From: Geosiphon pyriformis uo1
Taxonomy: Eukaryota > Fungi > Glomeromycota
DNA length: 64,000 nucleotides
Assembly: GCA_016748015.1 (NCBI GenBank)
Contig: JAAOMT010000211.1
Span: 178,248-242,247, forward strand
Direction: 5' to 3'
A program made the translations under genes and the position numbers. The first letter of the stretch is position 1; the number at the start of each line of letters is the position of its first letter. The notes below the pieces were generated by a model. The model had not been told where the DNA came from, made no database searches, and saw nothing but the letters and a program-made list of their open reading frames with translations. Below, in pieces: positions 13,946-26,027 of this stretch.

Positions 13946-15808
13946 ATATAATGTTAAATACTAATAAATTTTAATATAATTTAAAAATTTTTACCAAAAA
14001 CATTAAAAAAAAACAAAAAATACCTTTTTCTTGTCAATCTTCTGACCACAATGAGAGCAAAATTTTATCAAAGTTTAATTAGTCTTTTTCCCTTGTTTTC
14101 TTTCTAGTTATTTCTTCCAACTTTCCTTTTTTTGTTGTAATAGAACCAGTAAGCTTCTCAGCTGGTGGTTCTGGTATTATTTTGGCTGGGTTGGGAACCC
14201 AGTCTAATAGTAACAAAAAAAAAGCACACATTGAGAGCATGTACTTTCGTGGTCTTTTGTACAAAAAATCTAAGAATCCTGGTATGGCTGGTGGTATGGT
14301 CAATTCATTGGCTGGTTCTGTTTCTAACAACATTTTGCAAGCTAGCAGTTTGGAGTGCAAGGTGTTTTGGAGTAGCAAAGTGGAGAGCAAAAATGCTAGT
14401 GTTAGTGGAATGTCCAACTTGGAAAACATGAACAACATAGTGGCAAAGGAAATGAGTTTTGTGAATTCCAACAATTCTGAAGCTGATGATATGGTGAATG
14501 ATACAACTCCAAGAAAGACAAGGACAAGGACGTATGTTCTGGGACAACTACCAAAAAGGTCTTTTTTCAATAATATGAATGACATTGACGACATTTTGGA
14601 GCTCTCTTCTCCCAAGTTTGGTGGTTCTAATCAGAAACCGAGTATCAGGTCATGTGTCCTGGCAAAACATAGCTTCGAACCAGTCAAATTATTTGCATTG
14701 GATGTTGAATTATCTGCTGTGTCTGAAAGAATGAATAGTGATAAGTTAATGACAGTCAAAAAAATTTTTTATCAAATTGACGGTTTTGGGAGGGCTTCCA
14801 CTCTCTCAAAATTTCCTGAGATCATCAAATCTTCTTTCACTTCTAAAATAAGTTTAAATAAGGCAAAAGATTTGGTAGTCAGTGAAAAAATTTTAGTTAA
14901 TAATAATGTCAGACAGGTAAATAAATGTTTGGATTGAGAAATTGTCATCAAGAAGATTTTGGTTGATCTTTCCAAATTGGCTGTGGAATCTGTTTTTTCC
15001 AAATTTGGCAAGATTGTATCAATCAAGATACAATTGATTGGCCTGTGGCAAAAAGCATTAGTTGAGTTTGAATCATCTGAGATAGTTGATTTGGTTGCAG
15101 CTAAATGGTCTGTTTTCATAGAAAAAGATTCTGTTTGTATGGCAAAGACAATTGATGATAAGCAATTGTGAGTATTCAGGAATCTACATCATGCATTGCT
15201 TTACACTCTTTCAGTTGGTATAACAGCTTATGATCTTTCTGGTTTGTTGGAATCATATGGTGGGAAGACTTGTTTTATTGGCTGTAATTCCAGTTTATAT
15301 GTGCATAATAGATATGTGATTGTGTGTTTTGTTGATGAAGTGTCTAAAGTAGCTGCTATTGGTTCTACTCCAGTGTTTAAAGGTGTGAATTTGCACTGGG
15401 CTGGTCTTTTTTTGGCCCACTGTGCTCGTTGCAAACAATTTGGTCATATCTCTAATGCATATTCAGTTGGTGAGAATTCTCGAATTCGTGAGAAGCGGGT
15501 GGTGACTGATCAAGATTGGGTCTGTTTGATGAGTATTTATAAAAGGAAACAGGCTCCCATTGTCCATCCAGTTTCCTTTGGTGGCAAAACTTGGGCTCAA
15601 GTAGCTGGTGGTTTTTCTTCTTGTGTGGCTTTTTTGGTTCATCATAGTGCCAGTCTGCTCCTTGTTGCTAAGACCTCTTTATTTAGTTCTGCTCCTTCTG
15701 ATAACCATGACTTGTATGGTCATTTGGTTTCTTTGGAATGTTTTTTGGAACTTTTGGCTAACCAGGTTTCTGGTATATTAAAAAAATTGGATTCCGTGAA
15801 ATTGGTGC

Positions 15809-16677
15809 TGTTACAGGTGACTATTTAGGGTGTTAAATCAAATAACAACCTGTAACTTGGTGCTAAAAATTATTCATGGTGATGTTATTACTCTAAAAGT
15901 TTTGTATCTGAAAGTTTTGTATCTGAAAGTTTTGTATCTGAAGATTTAAGTTTGAGTTTTTTGTATAATAGACAGAGATTCAATAGTTGTTTTATCCGTA
16001 ACTTTCCAGAATCACAATTCTGTCAATTTTTCTCTTGGCATGATGGCTGGCAATTCTCTGGTAAGTATTCCATATCTTTTCTATATGTTCTACCTTCTTG
16101 CAGGGGTCTTTTACCAGGCAATTTTTGATGTCAGTAATCTAGCACTTTATTCAACCAATTAGTGCACAACAATAAAATCAAAATAAAATAAATAAAAGAA
16201 ATAAAAGAAAAATAAAGAAAGAAAAGAAATAAGCCAAGGCAATTTGCAAGTTAGTATTCCGTCAATAGCCATAATCAAGAGCTATTGTTCCAGTATGGTT
16301 AAGTATTAATTACTACCAATATAGGGTGTTGATAGTGGAATTAGGTTTGAGATACCAAATAGTTATTTATTGTGTTTGGAAGGTTGTTTAGATGAAATCT
16401 AAACTTGGAGATCTCTCCTTTTTTCAGCTTCTAATACTACTGCTATATATACATAATTGAGATTCCTCAATTCCTCCATTCTTCACAACAGGAATCCTGC
16501 AATTTCTTTGAGAAGAATCCTGGAATTCTGGAATCCTGTGATTCCTCATGAGAATCCTGTAATTCCTGGAATCCTTCAATTTCTGAGAGAAATCCTGGAA
16601 TTCCATATTTACTACGTCTACTTCTGATTGGCTAATAATTATGCTAATATATATTTCCTATATTTTTATGAGTAACA
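15809..16677 (-). repeat. 3' LTR of Ty3/Gypsy 1 (869 bp, family A)
   Basis: tgttac...gtaaca termini; direct repeat of 24879-25734. Confidence 0.95.
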
Positions 16678-17338
16678 TTATTCCCTCTTTTTTATTGAAA
16701 TCCAATTCTGTTAATTCCCTCTCTTGAAGTATTTCTTGAATTTTGCTTTCAAGAATTACTTGTGCTATTTGAGTCTGTAATTTTTCAAATTGAGTATTGG
16801 TGATCTTTCCTAATTAATTACTGGTAACCATATCCATTGCTTTGTTGAGTAAAATTTCTGGTCAATCCTGAAATGCTATGTGTATTCAGTATATGGCTCA
16901 GGCCTGTGTGGATAAGTTGTTCTTTTCCACAAAATGTTCTAATTGTTGTAGTATTCTTGTGTCAAATAATTGCTTTGTTTTATCTGTATATAAATTCTGG
17001 ATATTCACATGTTGTTCTAAGTAAAAATAACAATAGTTTCTTGAAAATTGTTGTATCCACTAATTCCAAGTTTTTTTAGTCAACTCTTGGTATAGTGACT
17101 TTTTTGTCGACTCTTTTATTGCTAATTTTACTTTTGCAATGATTTTGTTAATGGTATTTTCTGTTTTCTTCTGTGTTCTATGTGGTGATGTCTTTCTAGT
17201 GTTTTGATATCAGATGGTTTGTTGATTAATTATAATTTTTATCTCTTGGTGTTGAATCAATTGAAAGAGTTGTTGTGCTAGTAAGTGGATGTTGTTTGTA
17301 ATTTCTATTTTTTTGATATTTCTTGTCATGTCTACCAT
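16658..17338 (-). pseudogene. Accessory ORF3 (~226 aa, unknown function)
   Basis: Single frame from ATG 17338 (MVDMTRNIKKIEITNNIHLLAQQLFQ...ELTELDFNKKEGIMLLIKI*) with no frameshift; the six internal stops are TGA/TAG/TAA, each one transition from CGA/TGG/CAG/CAA. Confidence 0.75.
16678..16695 (-). promoter_or_regulatory. Polypurine tract
   Basis: Minus strand aaaaaagagggaataa immediately before the 3' LTR. Confidence 0.85.
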
Positions 17339-17365
17339 GTCTTTATATATTCTTTTGATGAATTA

Positions 17366-18760
17366 ATTTAATGTGTTGTTGTCAATAATGATGATTGGTT
17401 CCAGATCTTGTGGAATCTCCTCTGGTTGGACTAGTATCTTCTGTACTCCTAATTGTGGAATATTACTGGTGGATGGTGGTGTGATGTTGTGGTATAGTTT
17501 CAGTCAATCTCCATGTGCTGCTTTGGTTAAGATTTTGTTATCCAGTCTTAATTTGTAAGCTCCATTCCCTAGAATTTCTTTTATGTGAAATAGTTTATTC
17601 CATTTGGGGTCGAATTTTTCACTCCATTGTTTTTTTACTTTGGTACGATGTAAGAGTACTTTGTCTCCAATCTTGAATTCAACTGGTTTGTCTGGTAGTT
17701 GACTATTGTGTCTCTCTTTCTGTTTTTTTTGTGACTTTTGAATGTTATCAGCTGCTTTTCTTCGTTTGCTTTCCAATGTTTCTATTAAGTCATATGTTCT
17801 TCTCAACAAGGTTTCTTGGAAATTCTCTTTTGTTATTGGTTCAGTTGGATATGTGTTAATCTTTATCTCCACTAGTAATATTGCTGTTCTATCATATACC
17901 AATTCAAATGGTGTTGCTTGTGTGGTGTCTTGCTTCATTGTCTGATAAGCAAATAATACTAATAGTATGAACAAATCCCATTTGTCCTGGTTTTCTTGGC
18001 TGAATTTTGCTATTGCTTTACACAATATTCTATTAAATCTTTCAACTAATCCATTGGTTTGTGGATAGTATGGTGATAATAGTAGTCTCTTAATTCCGAA
18101 TTTTTGGCTTAGTTCTGTTAATGTTCTATTTACAAAATGGGTTTTTTGGTCTAATAATAGTTCTTTTAGACATCTATGTTGACAAATCAGATCTTGATGA
18201 ATGAATTTGGCAATAAATTTTGCATCCGCTCTTTGAATTGCTTTGGCTTCTGGCCATTTAGTAAGATAGTCCATGGCTACTGCAATATATCTGTTGCCTC
18301 TGCTGATAATTGTCAATGGTCCAACTAAATCGATTCCAATATGATTAAATGGTTGTCCCACTTTGATTGGTCTTAATAGTTTGCTGGGTCTTGTTCCTTC
18401 TCTTCTTTGACAAGCATCACAATTTTGCACATATTAGATGATGTCTGGATACATTGATGGCCAATAGTATCTCTTTCTGGTTCTTTTTATGATTGCTTCT
18501 TTATGAAAATGTTTTGCAGCTAGATCTAAGTGCATGTTGAACAGTATTGTCTCTTTTTTTGGTTCTGTAATTACTCTGGTTGGTTGATCTGAATCTTTTC
18601 TATTTTTCCAATAAAGTATATTTTGGTGAGTGATAAAATATTTGGATTGTTGTTTGATCCTCTTTTGTTCTGGTTGAGATAATTTCTCCTTGAACTGTTA
18701 AATATCTATATAATGTTGAAGTTGTTGATATTTTTGTGTGTTTATCTTTTGTTATATTTT
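17366..18760 (-). pseudogene. Integrase
   Basis: HHCC (MH..HF..CDAC), DLVGP, D(Q)KTHF, GLVERFN, GPF-like KFDPKWNKLF; no chromodomain seen. Confidence 0.92.
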
Positions 18761-18799
18761 CATGAGTATTGTTTTGGTTTTGTTATATTTTTGGGTTAA

Positions 18800-20300
18800 A
18801 ATGTTCTTAGATTTGTCTCATTTGTGATAAACCATCAGCATTTCTGTTGTCTTTTCTCTTTTTATAATGTATGATATAAGTATATAGTGTGAGTGCCATT
18901 TTCTATCTTGATTGTCTGCTATCTCCAAATTTTTGTTTCTGGAGTGATGTTAATCTTTTGTAATCTGTATACACTTTGAACTTCTGGCTCAAGTATTCTT
19001 TCTATTTCATAACTGCTTATTATATTGCTAAGTGTTTTTGTTCCAATATTTCATAGTTTTTTTTGGCTGGTGTTAAGCCTCAGCTGGCATATGCAACTGG
19101 AGGTTTTCTTCCATTCAGTCTTTTCTAAGATAGTACTGTTCCCAATGCTTGACTTGATGTATTAGTAGTAATAATGAATGGTTTGTTGTGATCTGAATAG
19201 ATTAATATTGGTGCTTGAATGAGCTTTTCTTTTAAAATGTTAAAAGCTTTTTGTTGTATTTCCATCCATTCATATTTCACATTCTTGGTTTGTAGATGGT
19301 TGAGTGGCTGAGCTATTTTAAAAAAGTTTTTGATGAAGCGACGATAATAGCTTGCAAATTCCAAGAATGATTTTAGTTCAGTTATATTGGTTGGCACTGA
19401 AAAGTTCTTTACTATTTCTATCTTGTCTAGATCTGTTTTAATACCATCTTTGCTGACTATATGTCCCAGAAACTTTAGTTCTGTTTTGCCAAAGAAGCAC
19501 TTGGTAACATTTAGCTTTAACTCTGCTCATCGCAGTCTTTTGAATACTTGTTGAAGATGATAGAGATGATCATCAAATATTCTTGAGAATACATTGGTGT
19601 TATCCAAGTACACAACTACTGATTTCCACAATAAGCCAGTGTACACAATTTCCATTAATCACTGAAAAGTGGCTGGTGCATTGGTTAAGCTGAATGGTAT
19701 TACTTCGAATTCGAAATTCTCTTCTCTTGTGGTAAACACCATTTTCTCTTTGTTGGCTGGATCCATGGCTACTTGTCAGTAACCACTATTCAAGTCCAAT
19801 GTTGAAAACCATTTGTTTCCTTCAAAAGCATCAAATAACTCTTGGATCCATGGAGTTGGATAACTGTCTCCACAAGTGACTCCATTGAGTTTTTTATAGT
19901 CTACACAAAATCTGATCTTTCCATTTTTCTTCCAGATAAGTACCACTGGTGACGACCATGGACTTATTGATGGCTGGATTAATCTGTTGTTAAGCATTCA
20001 GTTGATCTCTTGACGGATGATCTCATGGCTTGCTGGTGGTACTCTGTATGCTCTTTGTTTAATTGGCATTGCATCTTCAGTTTTGATCTGGTGTTGGATA
20101 ATCTCAGTTCTGCCAAATTTGTTTTCATTGGCAAAGATGTCATTAAAATTGTTAAGTAACATCTTTAATTGCATCTGTTGAAGTGGATTTAGATTTCTCA
20201 TGTTTATTTGCTCTAGCTGCTCTGGTTGTAACAAATAATATTTGTTCCGTCCATAGATTGTTTGTGATGTAATATTCACATATTCACACAATTGTGGAAA
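18800..20300 (-). pseudogene. Reverse transcriptase + RNase H
   Basis: PIKQRAYR, SPWSSP, CVDYKKLN, YLDN(YLDD), FLGHIV, TTN(TD)TS..LGTVL. Confidence 0.93.
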
Positions 20301-20629
20301 GTCTGAAATGGTGCTTGGTAGTTAATCCTCAATTTCAGTAGTCAAATATCCAAGAGTGGTTTCTTTCAGTATCTCCACAACATTTTCTGTATTGTTGTAG
20401 ATAAGAATTTTGATATGGTTGTGGTTTTTGGCTGGTATGTGTAGATTGATAAGTTCAACTTCTTCTGTTTTACAAAAGCTTGTTTCTGCTTCAAAAATTT
20501 GTGCCTGATCTTTCACCTTTCTTTCTATTGCTAACATGTACTGGTCATATGGTGGAATGAGAATTGCTTGATCCGTTGAGATAATTTCTCCTTGGCCAAT
20601 AATTTTTTCCTTTGTCATATTGACTGGTA

Positions 20630-21030
20630 TGTCTATTCTACCCATGGATCCGAATCCCTGTATCTCTTTTGCGGTTATTCCTAATTCTTTCCTATTTCTT
20701 ACTGAAACTAACTGAGCTATTTTAACCAAAGGCAGGAATATTGCCTGTGCTATTTTTTCATTTGGCTCTATAATATAGGCCTTTTCAGAGTCATTTTGTA
20801 GTATGGCAATGATATTTTCTACATATCCCATGTCAATTATTCCTCCTCTTATATTAATCCCTTTTTTCACTAAACGACTCCTAGACGCTAGTTGAACTAT
20901 GGTTGTTGTTGGAATTTCCAGTGCTACTTTCAGATCAATGCAAGTGTGTGAATGTGGTTTCAATTTGATGGCATCTTTTTTGGGATATCTCAGATCAAAT
21001 CCTGCGTCAATATCATGTGCACATTCTGGT
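20630..21030 (-). pseudogene. dut: dUTPase domain of pol
   Basis: All five trimeric dUTPase motifs: AGFDL, RS(R/S)L, GIIDxGY, KIAQAI, QGFGSMG. Confidence 0.92.
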
Positions 21031-22249
21031 ATGATACTCTTATTATTGTCACTATACTATTTGAGTTCCTGCTCTTTAAAGAGATTAGAAAGCGCTATAT
21101 ATATTTCAGAGTTCAAGTCAGAGTCTAAATTGTTGATATTCTCGTTGCTATATTGTGTGAAGCTAGAACCAGTGTTTTCATTGTCTTCATTGTTGGAGTT
21201 AGAATCAGGATTAAAAATTGATTCTGATTCTGATGTGCAGCTGCTGATTGGTTTTTCTTCTTCTGAGATTGTGTAGATTATGCATAGTGGTGGATTGTAA
21301 ATGAAGTCACACTTATTACAATATTGGAAATCACATGGAATCAAACAGTGGTCACATAGTCTGGTGTTTATTTGGACCAAATGTTGCTCTTGTTCTTCTT
21401 TTGTAGGTGCCAAAGTTTGATAATGTTCATAAAACTTTTCTGGTTCCAGGAGATTTATGACTGGTTCTTTATCCCAATTGAGTTCTAAGAGTTCTGGCAG
21501 GTTGTTCTTGACTTCTTTGATTTCTTCGGGTGATGCTTCTTGAATTTTGGCGAGGGTCATTCTCCAGATTTCATCATTGTCATGTGGACAAATATCCAAT
21601 TATTGTACTGCTCTTCTCCAGGCGGCTTCTATGGATGTCCCTTTCCTAATCCAATTGCTGATAAGAATCATGTACTGGCACAAAATGTCACACATTTCTC
21701 CTTGACCAAGAATGTCGTTCCACATTCCTTCGTCCAAGAGTGTCTCCCCACAAGCTAAACATGGTGTATTGTCCTATTTTCCCACTTGGTTTGGTCTTCC
21801 AAAGTGTTTTATGATGCATGTACAGCAGTAGAATTGGGTTGCTGTTGTGTATTCCTCATTGTCGCCACAGCATGTGCCCATTGATGACAATTTCTTGTCA
21901 TAATCAACACATATCAGCTTTGGTTGACAATAGCTCAATAATTGTGATGGTGTGTATGTATAAGGGGTGTAACTGGCAGTTGGTAGTGGCTTCTCTTTCT
22001 TTGCTTTTCCTTTCTCTTTTTCTCTCTTATCCCATTCCCAAATTGGTAGTTTTTTTAAGTTGTGGTCAGTATCCTAGACTTGGTCTGTGTTCTAGATAGG
22101 TTCTGTTCTCTTCTGTTTTCCTTTGTCATTGTCGTCTCATGAGAGTATTGGTGACAGCTCATTGTGTTCTTCATCGGCCCACAAGACTTGATATGCTTCC
22201 CAGGTAGGTTTTGGTTTTTTTTCTTCAAGGTCAATTAGTGGTGCTGTGG

Positions 22250-22650
22250 TGTTGGTAGCTTTGAAGTAACCACATATTGCTGGTACTCATGTGTGTTGAC
22301 TATTCTGGCTGAGTACTAGTTTTTGAGTCATCCAATTGAACACGGCGTTGATTTTGGATAGCCAGTCATTATCAACTAAAGCTTGATATTGGGTGGCTTC
22401 CATCATTAGAACTTTGATGAGTACTATGATGTTATTGACTTCAATTGGGAAGTCATCAATTTCGCCAATTGGGGTTTTGGTGGCTCCATCCGCGGTAATA
22501 ATCCTGGCACTGGCAGTGTAATCAACTCGGTGACCTAATTGATCTATGAGTTGTTATGTGATGATACTGCCTTCTGAACCATTGTCAAGAATTAATTTGA
22601 TGGAGTGGCCATCGACTTTGTGTCAGTGTACATGGCCATAATCGGTTTCT
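22250..22650 (-). pseudogene. Aspartic protease
   Basis: IKLILDNGSEGSII (decayed DSGS), downstream ALVDNDWL. Confidence 0.85.
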
Positions 22651-22739
22651 CTTCAAGTGCTGCTTCACTAAATAATGGCATATCTGATGGTTGATGGGAA
22701 GAGCTGGGAATCGGTTGATGTACAACTATCGCTGATCTC

Positions 22740-24875
22740 CAGTTTTGGGTGATCCTCAATCTTGGGTTTTCTGATGTTATTTGAGCTGGGTTTGCTGGTG
22801 GTGTTTGAATGGTGGGTGTTTGATAGATTGCTGGTGGCTGTGGTTGATATATTACTTGTGGCTGTGCTTAATAAATTGCTTGTGGCTGTGGTTGATAAAC
22901 TGGTGGTTGATAAATTGGTTGGTGCATCATAAACAGGTAAGTGGGTTGGTATTGGTCTTGATTCAGGTAATAGTTTGGAGTCTGGAACTGGTGATTGGGA
23001 TTTTTATATTGATTTCCTGATTGTGAATTGCTATAAGTATGGCAGTTGGCTCTGATGTGCTCTTGTTTACCACAGTTGTGGCAGATGCGCGTCTCTGGCT
23101 GCCATGATTGATTGGATGATAATGATGGATGTGACTAATTTTGGAAACAATTCGCATTTCCCTGATTGTTACGCCATTGAGGAGGTTGATAAATCATGTG
23201 ATTGTCAGCTAAGTATCCCTCTAATTTCTGATTAATTGAATTACTGAATTGCTTCAATTTGGAATCCAATTTAGATGATCCATTCATTGCTAAATTTACA
23301 GCTTGAGCGTGATTAGCTTCTAGTTTAGCTGCTTCAAAATTTCTGGCATATGTAACTGTGATTGGAAGATTTACTAAGTGTATTGGACATACTCGTTGTA
23401 GAATGCTACTGCACAATCCTTTAATAAATTAATTTAAAATCTGTGGCACTATAAAATAGTCAGCTTGGATGGCTTGTATTTGGTATAGATTTCTATAGAA
23501 GCATTCCAAGTAAGTAGTGACTGCTTTAGTGTCTCCTTGTCTAATTATTGTAAAGGTGTTGGTTAATTTGTTGATACTATTATTGTTGCTAAAGTATCAC
23601 AAGAATTCAGTTTTGAATCCATTAAAATTTTGGGGTTTGACAGTGAAACTTTAATACCATGCATCAGTGGTATCCTGGAGAAAGTAAGAGATTACTTGTA
23701 TTGCTCTAGCATTATCCCAATTATTGGCTGTAATGGCTTTGGCTATGTCATTTAACCAGACTTGGGCGTCGTCTTCTTTACTGTTGAAGTTGTTGAGTTT
23801 TGTGATGGGTGCGTAAGCCATTTGTTGTTGCTGTGGTGGTGGAAGTTGTTGTTGTTATTGAGACAGTACTGGTGGCAGTTGTTGATTTTGTTGGTTTTGT
23901 GGTTGGATGGGCTGGCCAATTGGTTCAACAGGTGGTTGATCGATGATGATAACTGGAGGTAAATGTTGATTAATTACTTTGGAGTTTAGATTGTTCTGAT
24001 TTAGTGGGTTTTGAATATTCGGAGTGTTGTTTTTGGGGTTTTCTTGATTTGGATTTCTTGGAGTTTGATCATTCGGAGTTTCAAATTCTGGGTTTTTAGG
24101 GATTGGGTTTTGGTAAGTGAACTCTTGATCCTCAGATTCTTCTTTCTCTTCTTCTTGTTTCTCTTCTTTGGATAATTTCCATGGAGTAGTAGTGCCGAAA
24201 TCTGGTGGTGGTGGTGGTGATTAAAGTCCTGATGGTGTTGGCAATTATGATTTAAATTCTTCAAAATATGCGCTGTATGATCCTAATAACTCCTCTTTTC
24301 TTTGTTTACTTTGGAAGAGAAATCTTCCAAAGACTGCTGTCATGTTTGATGTAGACATGTTTGTTGATAATATATTGATGGCACTTTCAGGAATATAGTA
24401 GTAGGATGAGTTGTTTGGTGACTCAACTCTAGTTTTCTTCCAAGTGGGTGGTTGTATCCTTTGAGGTGTTACTGCTGGTGTTTGTAGTTTTTTTTTGTCT
24501 TTACTTGTGTAAGTAATTGGGTATCTTTGCTGTATGTGGTGTTTAATTTCTTTGTTGATCTCAGTGATGATGGATGCAAAATTATGATTTGTAGGTAGGC
24601 TTGTGTTTTGAATTAATTTGTTGTAAAAAGTTTCTTTTGCTGATTCAATATTTACAAATGTTCTCAACAGATAGGCAATCCTTTCGTTGACATAGAAATT
24701 GAAAGCTAATTCTGCTGATATGTGATTATGGGTTAATCCCAAATGTTAACAGTAATATTAAAATAAGGATTTCACGAATTCTAGATGGTTTGCTTTGACA
24801 TTTTCTGATTCTGCCACTTTTGAATGAGGTTGTTGGTGCTGGTTCTCTGTAGGATTATACTTTACAGGAAGCACC
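22740..24875 (-). pseudogene. Gag
   Basis: MAYAPITKL..WLNDIAKAI capsid region; CHNCGKQEHIRANC knuckle; long N-terminal extension. Confidence 0.85.
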
Positions 24876-24876
24876 A
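24860..24876 (-). promoter_or_regulatory. Primer binding site
   Basis: tggtgcttcctgtaaag, 2 nt from the 5' LTR; matches the PBS at 56431. Confidence 0.85.
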
Positions 24877-24878
24877 AA

Positions 24879-25734
24879 TATTACAGGTAACTATTTAGGG
24901 TGTTGAATCAAATAACAATCCATAATTTGGTGCTAAAAGTTATTTGCAGTGATGTTATTACTTTGAAGGTTTTGTATCTGAAAGTTTCAGTTTGAGTTCT
25001 TTGTATAATGGACAGAGATTCAATAGTTGTTTTATCCGTAGCTTCCCAGAATTGCAATTCTGTTAATTCTTCTTTTGGCGTGATGGCTGGCAATCCTTTG
25101 GTAAGTATTCTGTATCTTCTGTACATGTTCTACCCTTTTACAAAGGTCTTTTACCAGGCAATCCTTAACATCAATAATCTAGCACTTTATTCAACCAATT
25201 AATGCACAACAATAAAATCAAAATAAAATAAATAAAAGAAATAAAAGAAAAATAAAAAAAGAAAAGAAATAAGCCAAGGTGATTTACAAGTTAGTATTCC
25301 GTCAATAGCTGTGATCAAGAGCTATTGTTCCAGTGTAGTTAAGTATCAATTACTACCAACATGAGGTGTTGATAGTGGAATTAGGTTTGAGATACCAAAT
25401 AGTTATTTATTGTGTTTGAAAGGTTGTCTAGATGAAATCTAAACTTGGAGGTCTCTCCTTTTTTCAGTTTCTAATACTACTGCTATATATACATAATTGA
25501 AATTCCTCAATTTCTCTATTCTTCACAACAGGAATTCTGGAATTTCTGGAATCCTGCAATTCTTTTGAGAGGAATTCTGGAATTCTGAAATCTTGTGATT
25601 CCTTGTGAAAATTCTGTAATTCCTGGAATCCTGCAATTCTTGAGAGAAATCCTGAAATTCCACATTTGCTATGTCTACTTCTGATTGGCTAATAATTATG
25701 CTAATATATATTCCCTATATTTTTATGAGTAACA
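24879..25734 (-). repeat. 5' LTR of Ty3/Gypsy 1 (856 bp)
   Basis: Direct repeat of 15809-16677; plus-strand terminus tattac (G>A). Confidence 0.95.
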
Positions 25735-26027
25735 GTGCCCCTGATAGTTGTATCTGATGTTTTTTCTCTGGTGGTTCTTATGTCTGTGGTTTCTGGTCTG
25801 GATTCAGTTATGGTTTTGAATAGTGTGCCAGTGTTTTCTACTCCCTTTCCTCCAGTTGTTAATAATGCAGCTGCCAACTTAAGTTCAAGCAGTTTTAAGG
25901 TTTTAACCACCAAAGTTGGTGGTTTGGAATCCAAGATGGTGGCTTTGAAAGTTTTGGTTAAGTCTGTTTTAGAAAAATTGGACTGTTTGTGCTCGAGTTT
26001 GGGTTTGTCAACTTCCTCTACTTCTCA

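Larger units (their letters stand above)
15809..25734 (-). mobile_element. Complete Ty3/Gypsy LTR retrotransposon 1 (gag-PR-Cys-rich-dUTPase-RT-RH-IN-ORF3), decayed
   Basis: Two LTRs, TSD GTGC (15805-8 / 25735-8), PBS, PPT; PR-RT-RH-IN order; motifs SPWSSPVV, RFCVDYKKLN, LDLNSGY, IGIDLVGP, PYYPQTNGLVERFN. Confidence 0.97.
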
